Below, one piece after another: positions 16,092 to 25,166 of a DNA stretch of 36,555 nt. Positions within the stretch are counted from its first letter, which is position 1; the number at the start of each line of letters is the position of its first letter. The stretch lies in the IMG/VR virus record IMGVR_UViG_3300037722_000921, positions 1 to 36,555 of that record. One strand, 5' to 3'. The notes below the pieces were generated by a model. That model searched no databases. It was not told where the DNA came from and saw only the letters and a list, made by a program, of their open reading frames with translations. The position numbers were made by a program, and so were the translations under genes. The DNA is from a virus. Lineage: Duplodnaviria > Caudoviricetes.

Positions 16092-16688
16092 ATGTCGCTC
16101 ACCGGCCTGTCGGCGCTCACCGGCTTGAACACCGTCTTCGGCCCCGCCGCACCGGGGACGCGGACGGTCTACGCCATCGGCGCCGACACCGACGACGGAC
16201 TGGACGCCAACGCCGGGACGTGGCTGGCAGTGCATTCCATGTCGGCCGGGAACCATGCGTGGGGACATCAGGGGGAAGTTGAACTGATTGCCGCATGGCG
16301 GTTCGAGGACATCATCGCGGAGCAAGGCGCAACCGTCATCAAGGCGTATCTGCGGTTGAACGTGCGGGGGAGCATGGACGACGGGTACGCGGCCGGGAAC
16401 GTGTTCGGGGCGGATGAGGACACCGCTCCGGCTTGGGCGGATACCTCTCCCACCGCCGCCCGGCCGACGACGGCATTCACGGCTGTGGCGCGGCCCACGG
16501 CGAACGGACTCTTGATCGTGAACGTGACGAACATCATTCAGGAAATCTTCGATCGGGCGGGATGGGAGAGCGGCAACGCGATCGGGTTGATGGGCTTCGA
16601 GGACGAAAGCGGCGCGGCTCGCCAGACATTGATCGAAGACTCCGTAGCCGACGGGTTCTTCCCCCCGACGCTCGAAATCACCGTGTAA
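16092..16688 (+). CDS. DNRLRE/CBM96-like adhesin-domain protein with N-terminal GLSALTGL peptide
   Basis: GAGG RBS; RF..GATVIKAYLRL..NVTNIIQE..W..N..PTLEITV pattern. Confidence 0.55.
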   Translation: MSLTGLSALTGLNTVFGPAAPGTRTVYAIGADTDDGLDANAGTWLAVHSMSAGNHAWGHQGEVELIAAWRFEDIIAEQGATVIKAYLRLNVRGSMDDGYAAGNVFGADEDTAPAWADTSPTAARPTTAFTAVARPTANGLLIVNVTNIIQEIFDRAGWESGNAIGLMGFEDESGAARQTLIEDSVADGFFPPTLEITV

Positions 16689-16703
16689 TCAAGGAGTGTA
16701 CCG

Positions 16704-17141
16704 ATGGCTACGGCCGTGAAATTTTTGTGCTTCGTAGAGGATTTGGCCGAACAGAAGCACGACCTGAGTTCGGACGATTTGAAGCTCGCGTTGTCGAACA
16801 CGGCTCCGACGAACACGGACACCGTGTTTGCGCCGGGCAGCGCACATCCGCCTCCCGCTTCGGCGAACGGCTATACGTCGGGGGGCGAATCACTGACGGT
16901 CACGGCGTCGGGCCAATCGGGCGGGACGTACACGCTGGCTGCGGACGCGGTGGTGTTCACTGCGTCTGGCGGTCAACTGGGTCCGGTGCGGTACGCGATC
17001 CTCTACAACAACACGGCGACGAACGACGAAGTTGCTCTGTCCTGGGATCGTGGCGCGTCGGTGACGCTGGAGACGGGCGAGACGCTGACGGTGACGTTCG
17101 GCGGCGACCCGACGGGCGGTTCGGTTCTCACCATCGCTTAG
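16704..17141 (+). CDS. phage structural protein, usually upstream of fibre genes (145 aa)
   Basis: AAGGAG RBS; KF-FVEDLAE-H-L-SD-LKLAL...NGYTSGG...RYAILYNNT...VTL-GETLTV-F pattern. Confidence 0.65.
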   Translation: MATAVKFLCFVEDLAEQKHDLSSDDLKLALSNTAPTNTDTVFAPGSAHPPPASANGYTSGGESLTVTASGQSGGTYTLAADAVVFTASGGQLGPVRYAILYNNTATNDEVALSWDRGASVTLETGETLTVTFGGDPTGGSVLTIA

Positions 17142-17149
17142 GAGAAGAC

Positions 17150-17401
17150 ATGGAACTGCGGGCGAAGATTCTGCCGGTGGAGGGTGGTTTGCTCGTCGAG
17201 TGGATCGACGCCGAGCGGAAGGTCCACTTCACGGAGCAGATCAAGATTCCGAATCCGGAGTACGCGGCGGTTTCGCAGTTGGTGTTCGACAAGCCGGTGC
17301 GGACGGAGGAGGGGTTCTTCGTCGATCCGGGCGGCTTGCGGCACTTCTACATCCACGCCGAACCGCTGCGACTGCGGCTGACGGCGGCCAACATGAACTG
17401 A
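17150..17401 (+). CDS. hypothetical protein (83 aa)
   Basis: AGGAG RBS, ATG 17150 (3' part of track ORF 16433..17401). Confidence 0.7.
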   Translation: MELRAKILPVEGGLLVEWIDAERKVHFTEQIKIPNPEYAAVSQLVFDKPVRTEEGFFVDPGGLRHFYIHAEPLRLRLTAANMN

Positions 17402-17414
17402 AAGGAGCGATTCG

Positions 17415-17723
17415 ATGTCCAATCACTACAACCCGTCGCAAGGCAGCGTCCACGGCGGGCAGTTGCGGAATGCTCTCGTCAACTTGGAGACGGGGCACGT
17501 CGGTCTTGCCCGACAGGTCGCGACCATGACGCAGATGCTCAACGGCGACGGGAGCGACGCGGCTCACTTCGACGAAGTGGCGGAGAACTACGGGTACGGC
17601 TCCACCGCGATCGCGAAGGCGGCCTATGAGGAATTGAACTCGGCGAACGCCAAGCTCCAGACGGACGGCAGCGTGTCGAGCGTGCTGGCCGCGCTCAATC
17701 AGTTGTTCGCCCGCTTCCGCTGA
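17415..17723 (+). CDS. hypothetical helical protein (102 aa)
   Basis: AAGGAG RBS; in operon. Confidence 0.7.
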   Translation: MSNHYNPSQGSVHGGQLRNALVNLETGHVGLARQVATMTQMLNGDGSDAAHFDEVAENYGYGSTAIAKAAYEELNSANAKLQTDGSVSSVLAALNQLFARFR

Positions 17724-17735
17724 TAGGCCGCACCG

Positions 17736-19391
17736 ATGGCGTTCCCCACCGTCGAATCCGTCACGCCGACATCGTTCGCGTCCGCCAGCACGACGCACAA
17801 CGTCGCGATGCCGGCGACGGTGAACGCGGGGGATCTGCTGGTAATCCTTTTCACGACTGGCGGTGGCACGTCCGTTACGAACCCCTCTGGGTGGACCGAG
17901 GAATACAACGCCGCGATCGACACGGTGTCGAATGCGTTCTGTACCGCCAAGCTCGCGGCGGGCGACGAAGGCGGAACCACCGTCAACCTTGCGACTGCTG
18001 ATTCCGTTCGGGGCGCGGCACAGGTGTATCGAATCAGCGGATGGTTCGGCACGCTGGCGACCGGGTTGGATTCCGCGATTGCCGCGGCGGCGTTCGGCAG
18101 TACGCCGAACCCACCGTCATTGAACCCTTCGGAGTGGGATGAGGAAGATACGCTGTACATGGCCGTCGCGCATCTGGGCGCGTTCGGCCGGACCATCTCG
18201 GCCTATCCGACGAACTACACCGATGGAACGTTCACGTCGGACGGAGCAGGAGTGTGCGGGACGGGATCCGCACGGCGCGAACTGGCTGCCGCATCCGATG
18301 ATCCTGGTGCGTTCACGCTGTCGAGCTTCGATTGGGCGCGAGCCGCCACGATCGCGATTCGCCCGGCGGCACCACCTCCCGCCGAACCCGAACTCACCAA
18401 CCCCACCGCCACCGCCACCGGAGCGACGACGGCCGATCTCGCCGTCACCACGGATACCGACAACGGCACGCTGTACGCCGTCGTCACGACTTCGGACACC
18501 GCACCCTCCGCCGCACAGGTCAAGGCGGGGCAGGATCACACCGGCGCGGCAGCGGCATTCGACGATTCGCAAGCGATTTCCAGCACTGGCGAAAAGGAGT
18601 TCAACGCGACTGGATTGAGCGCGGGGACGCTCTACTACGCGCACTTCATGCACGAGGACGATTCGGCGAATCAGTCGGACGTGGCTTCGTCCACAGCGTT
18701 CCGGACGTACTACGAATTGGCGGCCGAAACCGCCGTCTTCGCGCTCACCGCCAACGACGCCACGCTCGATGCTGGCTACGCGCTCCCGGCCAACACCGGA
18801 ACGTTCGTCCTGATGGGGGCCAGCACGGCGTTCCGAAACGATTACGTCCTCCCGGCGGCGGCGGCCTCGTTCGCCGTCTCAGCGCAGGACGCCACGCTGT
18901 TGCGCGGATACCCGTTCCCCGCCGACACCGGAGCATTCACGCTCACCGCCAACGACACCTCCCTGATCGCCGATTACGGCCTCGCGGCAGAAACAGGTGA
19001 ATTCGCACTGACGGGTGAGGACACCGCGCTGGATCGCGGATTCATCCTCCCGGCCGATACAGCCGCATTCGCCGTCTCGGGGGAAGACGCGACGCTGCTC
19101 ACGCAACGAGTCATCACTGCCGGGACGGGTGCGTTCACGCTCACCGGGGGATCGTTGAATCTCGATCGAGGGTATCAGTTCCAGGCGGACGCTGCGGAGT
19201 TCGCAGTCTCGGGTGAGGACGCCACCGTGCGGGCGCAGTACGCATTCCCGGCCGGGACCGGGGCGTTCACGCTCACCGGGATTTCTTCGACGCTCGCGTA
19301 CTCGGGAGACGCTGGAGATGGCGACGGACTGGCTGGGCTGTCCGCGCTCACTGGACTTTCGGGGCTGTCGGCGATCATGGGGGGTGGATGA
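17736..19391 (+). CDS. tail/head fibre-like protein: globular N-domain, FN3-like domain, 9 x 22-aa repeats, C-terminal GLS repeat
   Basis: AGDLLVILF, ATGLSAGTLYYAHF (FN3-like), tandem repeats at 18711-19304. Confidence 0.7.
   Translation: MAFPTVESVTPTSFASASTTHNVAMPATVNAGDLLVILFTTGGGTSVTNPSGWTEEYNAAIDTVSNAFCTAKLAAGDEGGTTVNLATADSVRGAAQVYRISGWFGTLATGLDSAIAAAAFGSTPNPPSLNPSEWDEEDTLYMAVAHLGAFGRTISAYPTNYTDGTFTSDGAGVCGTGSARRELAAASDDPGAFTLSSFDWARAATIAIRPAAPPPAEPELTNPTATATGATTADLAVTTDTDNGTLYAVVTTSDTAPSAAQVKAGQDHTGAAAAFDDSQAISSTGEKEFNATGLSAGTLYYAHFMHEDDSANQSDVASSTAFRTYYELAAETAVFALTANDATLDAGYALPANTGTFVLMGASTAFRNDYVLPAAAASFAVSAQDATLLRGYPFPADTGAFTLTANDTSLIADYGLAAETGEFALTGEDTALDRGFILPADTAAFAVSGEDATLLTQRVITAGTGAFTLTGGSLNLDRGYQFQADAAEFAVSGEDATVRAQYAFPAGTGAFTLTGISSTLAYSGDAGDGDGLAGLSALTGLSGLSAIMGGG
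18711..19304 (+). repeat. nine degenerate 66-bp (22-aa) coding tandem repeats
   Basis: Consensus about Y-x-L-P-A-D-T-G-A-F-x-L-T-G-x-D-A-x-L-x-x-G; 9 units counted from YELAAETA to TLAYS. Confidence 0.85.
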
Positions 19392-20950
19392 TGGCGGAAT
19401 CGTACTTGGCGCATCTCCCGTTCCCGATCCTCGGATTGGACGAGCGCGGTCCGTTCGACGTTCAACCGGAAGGCACGACTCCCGGCGCGCAGAACGTCCG
19501 CGCCTTCGATCCCCTCACCGGACGATTGCGCGGCGCACAACGCCCCGGGATTGCCCGCTTCCTCGAAGCGCAAGTCAACGGCTCGAACGCGATTCGAGAC
19601 TTGGGCCATATTGCCGTCTCGAAAGCGGTCTCGGGCGCGACTTCCGCTTCCATCCGCAACGTCTATCTCCATGCGGTCGCCGGCGGGAACATCTACCTCG
19701 TCACGACGAGTTCCGCGACTCTGGCCACTGGCGGCTCGGCGGTCCTCTCGACGACGACACCGTTCATCTTTTCCTCGCCGTTGTTCGGAACCCGGTTCTT
19801 CTCGGACGGGACGAACTATACGAAGTGGGTGGCTTCGACGAACACCGCCTCGGCGTGGACGGCCTCCGAAGGAACACTCCCCGCCAACGGATCGGCGAAG
19901 CCCCGCCTGAACTGCGTGTGGCGAAACCGGATGGTGCAGGCTGCGATCGTGGGGGACGAGCACAACTGGTTCATGTCGTGCGCGGGGGACGCGACGTGCT
20001 GGGACTACGCGCCCGTCCCGACGTATCCGACGCAAGCATGCGCGGGGAACAACACCACGACGGGAGAGTGCCCGGACATCATCAACTGCCTCATCCCCTA
20101 CGACAACGAACGCTTGATCGCCGGGGGGGATCATTCGCTGTGGCTGCTCCAAGGAGATCCGATGTTGAACGGGCGGTGGATCGAAATTTCGAGCGTCACC
20201 GGGATGGCGTTCGGGCGTCCTTACTGCCGGGACGCGAACGGCGTGATCTACTTCTTCGGCTCCCGGGGCGGCGTGTTTCGCTGGCAACTGGGGGGTGCGC
20301 CGGAACGCATCTCCCGGCAAATCGAGGAACGGCTGGCGCAGGTGAACCTCGCGACGAACATGGTCCGGATGTTGTGGGCCGATCGGGAGCAAGGCGTCTA
20401 CGTCTTCATCACGCCGTTGGACGGCTCGGCCACGACTAACTACTTCTTCGACGCCTGGAACGGAGGGTGGTTCCCGGACAAGTTCGCCACGAACGGATTC
20501 AACCCCTCGGCGGTGCATGTCTTCGACGGGGACGCGCCGGGCGATCGCGTCGAGATGCTGGGCTGCCAGGATGGACGGATCCGCTACATCAAGCGGGACG
20601 CCACGAACGACGACACGGCGGCCATCGACAGTTACGTGTACCTCAATCCCAAGCGGGAACCGATGAGCGCCGCGAACTTGATTGAATTGCAGGCCACTCT
20701 CGGCAGCGCGTCGAGCGACGTGAACTGGAGCCTGCATGTGGGAGAGACGGCCGAAGCGGCGTTCGGGGCCGTGGCGTTGAACTCTGGTCTGATGCGGGCG
20801 GGACGCAACCCGTCGATTCTCACGAAAGGATTCGGGGCGGCGCACTACGTCAAGCTCGGCAACAGCGCGGCCAGCCAGACGTGGACGCTGGAAAGCCTCA
20901 CCGGACAATTCGAGGCGGCGACCGGCCGGCGACAGCGGGTGGTTTCGTGA
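19388..20950 (+). CDS. tail nozzle / DNA stabilisation protein (P22 gp10 / T7 gp12-like beta-propeller)
   Basis: N-terminal AQNVR..LRGAQRPG, WRNRMV, NGVIYFFGSRGGVFR repeated-blade pattern; position before ejection genes. Confidence 0.65.
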   Translation: MMAESYLAHLPFPILGLDERGPFDVQPEGTTPGAQNVRAFDPLTGRLRGAQRPGIARFLEAQVNGSNAIRDLGHIAVSKAVSGATSASIRNVYLHAVAGGNIYLVTTSSATLATGGSAVLSTTTPFIFSSPLFGTRFFSDGTNYTKWVASTNTASAWTASEGTLPANGSAKPRLNCVWRNRMVQAAIVGDEHNWFMSCAGDATCWDYAPVPTYPTQACAGNNTTTGECPDIINCLIPYDNERLIAGGDHSLWLLQGDPMLNGRWIEISSVTGMAFGRPYCRDANGVIYFFGSRGGVFRWQLGGAPERISRQIEERLAQVNLATNMVRMLWADREQGVYVFITPLDGSATTNYFFDAWNGGWFPDKFATNGFNPSAVHVFDGDAPGDRVEMLGCQDGRIRYIKRDATNDDTAAIDSYVYLNPKREPMSAANLIELQATLGSASSDVNWSLHVGETAEAAFGAVALNSGLMRAGRNPSILTKGFGAAHYVKLGNSAASQTWTLESLTGQFEAATGRRQRVVS

Positions 20951-22644
20951 CGTGCAACCCGGACCGAATCGGCCACGGCTACCCGCCGGACGACATCACC
21001 GATCCCAAGTTCCCGATGTGGGTTCCGCCCTACCCGTTGGTGGGGCCGATTACCTCGCTCGATCCCCCGACGCTCCCGACGAGCCTGTGCGCCGACATCC
21101 CGGGATGGGGGATCGTGTGTGCGGACATTCCCGATCCGCTGGCAGGCGTGCTCGTCGATCCGCCGTATGAAGTCGGCGACGACGTGACGCTGATTCCGCT
21201 GTTTCCCCCGACGCGTCCCGTGAACTGGGTCGAGACCGGAGCGGGCCGCAAGCCGTGTTCCGACCACAGCGTGTGCGGCGACGGTGAGGGGTGTTTCGGC
21301 CGCGACGTCGGCGAGGGCGGGGATGGGCCGAACATCGCGACGTTGGCGAATTGCGGATACCCGGAAGACGTGACGTGCGATCGTTCGGAGTGTCAGCCTG
21401 TCACCGAAGCGGGGCACACCGGAGAGGGAGAGTGCGATGACGTGTGCGGCGGAGGGATCGCGCGCGGCTGGACGGCCGTCATGCCGGAATTGGAGTGCTG
21501 CCCGAACGCAGGCGGCAAGCAGATATTCGTGGCTATCGAGGGTGACTGTGAATTCGAGACGGACACGTTCACGTGCGCCGGAGGGGGGACGTACAAGTGG
21601 GTGATGACTCCCAGCGCCAGCCCCTACGAATCGACGATCGAACTGACGCACGTGTCCGGCACGGACGAGGGGCTGAGTGTCGTGTACCGCGCTCACGCGC
21701 CGTTCTGCTGCGTGTGCTGCAACGTCTTTACGCTCGCCTGCGGGCCGTTCGACTGCGGGGGTGAGACGTGGCGAATCTGCGTCTGCCCGCTCTGCACGGT
21801 CTGCATCACGGCGATCGACGACACGGCTACGGAAGCGGGCCCGACGACATGCACGCTCCGAATCTGCCGAAGCAACTGCGCGGACATCAGCGACGAATTG
21901 GAAGTGTTCTTCACCGTCACCGGCACGGCCACGACGGTTGACGACTACGATTCGATCGGCACGTCCGCCACGATCCCCGCCGGGGAGAGTTGCGTGGACA
22001 TCACCATCACGCCGGTGGACGACGAGGAAGTCGAGTCTCCCGAGACGGTGATCGTCACGCTGGACGAGGACGACAACTATCTCATCTCTCAGGCGGAGGG
22101 CTGTGACGAAGCCATCTGCACGATCCTCAGCGACGACGTGGACGGCTTCGAGGAATGCTGCAACGCCTGCGACATCGAGACGGAGAGCGGCGGAACGCTG
22201 CGGGCCACGATGGGCGGCTGCATCGACACGACGGACGACTTCACGTTCACGGCTAGCGGCGAACCCTGCGGCGACGGCGGCGGAACCGGATTCTTCACTT
22301 CCGGCGGTGCGGATGGGCAAATCGACTTCCTGGTGGATTGCGACTCCGACGAACAGGACGAGTGGGCGTCGTTCAGCGCCGATGTCGTGTTGCAGGATAC
22401 GGGGACGAGCACGCAATACACATGGAGCTACGCTTACGAGGGCGGCGGGCCGAGTGTCTACGACCCGGAAGCGTGCGGCCCGACCGGATCGTACCCTTGT
22501 CTTCTGTCCGGCGAGTGCTCCCCCTTCGAAATCTCGTGGGATGACGACGAGCCTGTCAAAACGGGAGCGGGAACCGTCGGCAACTGCTCCGCCACACCTT
22601 CCGAAGCGTTGGCGGACCTCACGATTGGACTAGTGCCTCCATGA
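20947..22644 (+). CDS. Cys-rich acidic protein with Calx-beta domain (~565 aa)
   Basis: GTGA coupling to previous stop; about 41 Cys counted by hand; Calx-beta signature ATEAG..VFFTVTGTAT..DDY..TIPAGES..ITITPVDDEEVESPETVIVTL at ~21805-22137. Confidence 0.75.
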   Translation: MTCNPDRIGHGYPPDDITDPKFPMWVPPYPLVGPITSLDPPTLPTSLCADIPGWGIVCADIPDPLAGVLVDPPYEVGDDVTLIPLFPPTRPVNWVETGAGRKPCSDHSVCGDGEGCFGRDVGEGGDGPNIATLANCGYPEDVTCDRSECQPVTEAGHTGEGECDDVCGGGIARGWTAVMPELECCPNAGGKQIFVAIEGDCEFETDTFTCAGGGTYKWVMTPSASPYESTIELTHVSGTDEGLSVVYRAHAPFCCVCCNVFTLACGPFDCGGETWRICVCPLCTVCITAIDDTATEAGPTTCTLRICRSNCADISDELEVFFTVTGTATTVDDYDSIGTSATIPAGESCVDITITPVDDEEVESPETVIVTLDEDDNYLISQAEGCDEAICTILSDDVDGFEECCNACDIETESGGTLRATMGGCIDTTDDFTFTASGEPCGDGGGTGFFTSGGADGQIDFLVDCDSDEQDEWASFSADVVLQDTGTSTQYTWSYAYEGGGPSVYDPEACGPTGSYPCLLSGECSPFEISWDDDEPVKTGAGTVGNCSATPSEALADLTIGLVPP

Positions 22645-23003
22645 AAATCGCGTCGCTGTTTCTCACCGACTGGATCGCCGATCCGCTAACCGGACGGCCG
22701 AAGCCTCGCTTCACTCTGTTGGGGCACTCCCACGAGTACGCGCAGAGCGCACCCGCTCTGGACCGCCCCCCCGTCTTGTGGCCGGCGACGGGGGACATCG
22801 AGCAAAACCGCTTGATGCAGACGGCGTATGCTGCGGCCGAGCGTCATGCCGAGACGGCGGAGTTGAGCCGGGACGGGGTTGCCAGAGACGGTGCCGTCTC
22901 CAAAGCCGAAACGATCCTCGCTCGGCGTGGGATTTCTCTGGACGACAGGATCGGCGATCCCGTGAAGCGGGTGCGAGACGCGGTGCGAAAGGCAAAACGA
23001 TGA
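22641..23003 (+). CDS. hypothetical protein (120 aa)
   Basis: ATGA coupling at both ends. Confidence 0.65.
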   Translation: MKIASLFLTDWIADPLTGRPKPRFTLLGHSHEYAQSAPALDRPPVLWPATGDIEQNRLMQTAYAAAERHAETAELSRDGVARDGAVSKAETILARRGISLDDRIGDPVKRVRDAVRKAKR

Positions 23004-23353
23004 AGCCATTGCCGGTGAAGATCAAAGTCGTAGGCGCGAAGGGTTCCAAGCCCAAGAAGAAAGGCTTGGGAGACAGGGCCGCGTCCGCTCTTTCCATCGA
23101 GCAACTGGAAGGTTCGCCGTGCGTGCATCTCGGGGCGTTCGTGGAAAGTAAGAAGTGCAAGACGTGCGGCAATCGGGGACAACTCTACGCAATTCACGAA
23201 TGCGACGTGTACGGCAAGTGTTCCCCAAGCCGATCCGGAGAAGGATCGCTCGCCAAATGCCGCTACTGCGAAGACTACGAATCGGTATTGAGCGGAACGG
23301 CTGAAAGCCCGGAAAATGAATTGAAAGCGATCATGGATTGCAAGGAAAAGTAA
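23000..23353 (+). CDS. small Cys-rich putative metal-binding protein (117 aa)
   Basis: ATGA coupling; CVHLG..CKTC..HECDVYGKC..CRYC. Confidence 0.65.
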   Translation: MKPLPVKIKVVGAKGSKPKKKGLGDRAASALSIEQLEGSPCVHLGAFVESKKCKTCGNRGQLYAIHECDVYGKCSPSRSGEGSLAKCRYCEDYESVLSGTAESPENELKAIMDCKEK

Positions 23354-23354
23354 C

Positions 23355-24179
23355 ATGGACTTCATGCGTCGGCGGATGCTGGGTGATGCGCCTTACGGCC
23401 CTCCCAGTTTGCGGGGCGTGGATGAACTGCTGGGAGCGGACCGGGACAGCACGGACGAACCGTTCATGGGTGGGCAGCAAGAGGCCGCCGTCCCGGAAGT
23501 GGACAAGCTGGCCGTCGCCAAGCGGTTGGCCGAGCAAGCCGTCCGGCAACGTCTCCCGCACCTTCGTGGGCAGCAGCGGTTGCTCGCCGTCGCGCGGGCC
23601 ATGCAGGAGATCCTCTCGGGTGAGGAAATCGTCGATCTCCCCGAGCAGGACGCCGCCCGTCAACTGGAGAAGCGGAACATCGCGGCTCAACAGGGGCGCG
23701 TCACGGGCAACCAGTTCACCGGATTGGACGCCGAACAGGCGAAGGCGGTCGTCGCGCGGCAGGACATGCGGCGGTTCCTCACTCCCTCACAGAAGCGGAT
23801 GCTCGACACGCCGATGCCGCAGCAGCCGCAAGAGGATCCCCGCGAACTGGCCCCGCACGTCCGGGAGCGACTGGCTGGCGCGCAAGCCTTGCAACAGGAG
23901 TTGATGGCGAACTACCAGCCGAGTCGAACCGACCCCCGCGTGAAGGCGCGCTGGGAGCAAATGGCCGCGCAGAAGGCGGAGCGGGATTCGATGATCCAGC
24001 GGAACCGCTTGGCGCACTTCGCGCGTACCCGAGTCGCGCCGCGATACGGGATGCAGGCGGCTCAACAGTGGTACGCGCAGATGTCTCAGCAGAATCAGAT
24101 GCCGGTGGCACAGCAACCGCAACAGAACCCGCAACAAATCCCGCCGTGGCTTGTCGGCGGGGTGGGGGTGGGAGGATAA
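23355..24179 (+). CDS. putative internal virion / ejection protein (Gln/Ala-rich)
   Basis: AAGGA RBS; helical low-complexity composition; position. Confidence 0.55.
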   Translation: MDFMRRRMLGDAPYGPPSLRGVDELLGADRDSTDEPFMGGQQEAAVPEVDKLAVAKRLAEQAVRQRLPHLRGQQRLLAVARAMQEILSGEEIVDLPEQDAARQLEKRNIAAQQGRVTGNQFTGLDAEQAKAVVARQDMRRFLTPSQKRMLDTPMPQQPQEDPRELAPHVRERLAGAQALQQELMANYQPSRTDPRVKARWEQMAAQKAERDSMIQRNRLAHFARTRVAPRYGMQAAQQWYAQMSQQNQMPVAQQPQQNPQQIPPWLVGGVGVGG

Positions 24180-24182
24180 ATC

Positions 24183-25166
24183 ATGGTTTCGATGAGCAAC
24201 TACGACGCGCAGCAGCGTCAGTTGAACCGCAAGCTCATGCTGGGCGGCAGCGCCAGCAGTCCGGCGAACGTCGGACAGAACACCGGGCCGGGGATGTGGG
24301 AGTCTCCCGCGCAGCCGGGCGGCGGTGGGCCGTCGGCGCTGGACGGCTATCTCGCGAACCTCCGCCAACAGCAGCAGAACAACTCCGCGCTGTTCACGAA
24401 GCTCTACAACGAGTATCAGGCGGCTCAGGACGCCGCCGCGAAGGCGAACAAGGGGCGCGAGAAGGAAGTCCGATCCGGCTACACCGACATGCACGGCCGG
24501 ATCGTCGGGGGCTACGGAGACATCCGCAATCGCGCGATGGGCTACATCGACAAACTCGGCGGAACCCAGCGACAGGACATCGGCGATCGGTACACCCAAC
24601 TGCGGGGCGAAGGCGAACAGGACATGATCTCCCGGGGGCTGTCGAACTCGACGGTGCGGGGTTCCATGTTGCAGGGGCTCGCCAGCCGGGAAGGTCGGGA
24701 GAATCTGGAACTCGAAGAATCCTTGAACCGCCAGAGGCTCGATTACGACACGCAGCTGTCGAGTGCGGGGCTGGGCGCGGACGAACGGATCAGCACCGGA
24801 CGGTTGGGGTTCATCGAGCGGATCGAGGACGAGTACCCGGACTTCAATCAGCTCATCGGCTTGGCTCAAGGGATGGGCCAGTACGGCGGCGGGTTCGGCG
24901 GTGGGGTGGCGGCAGGACCGGCTGCGAAGTCTCCGAAGTCGGCCCCTGTCGGGCGTTCGCTCCCGGCGGCTCCGACTCGGCCCACCGGCCCACCCGCGGG
25001 ATCGCGTCGCAACACGGGCGGGGTGGCGCTGGGCGGTGGGAAGTTCGCGATGGGCGGCACGCTCCAAGGCGGGTTCACCGATCCCCGCTTGGCGGCGGGC
25101 CGCAAGAAGCAGCAGGTGAGCAAGCTGCCGGTGGGTGCCAACGTCCCCTTGATGAATATCTTCTAA
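24183..25166 (+). CDS. putative internal virion / ejection protein (Gly-rich)
   Basis: GGAGG RBS; SRGLSNST-type motif and coiled coil typical of pilot proteins. Confidence 0.55.
   Translation: MVSMSNYDAQQRQLNRKLMLGGSASSPANVGQNTGPGMWESPAQPGGGGPSALDGYLANLRQQQQNNSALFTKLYNEYQAAQDAAAKANKGREKEVRSGYTDMHGRIVGGYGDIRNRAMGYIDKLGGTQRQDIGDRYTQLRGEGEQDMISRGLSNSTVRGSMLQGLASREGRENLELEESLNRQRLDYDTQLSSAGLGADERISTGRLGFIERIEDEYPDFNQLIGLAQGMGQYGGGFGGGVAAGPAAKSPKSAPVGRSLPAAPTRPTGPPAGSRRNTGGVALGGGKFAMGGTLQGGFTDPRLAAGRKKQQVSKLPVGANVPLMNIF

Noticed and set aside
18711-19304. Regular repeats as CRISPR array or DGR template
   Set aside because: Degenerate in-frame coding repeats with no spacers; no cas or reverse transcriptase gene in the window
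24068-25165. N-terminal extension of the 895-aa track ORF
   Set aside because: Overlaps gene 24183..25166 in another frame and looks non-coding; TAATG coupling gives the start at 25166
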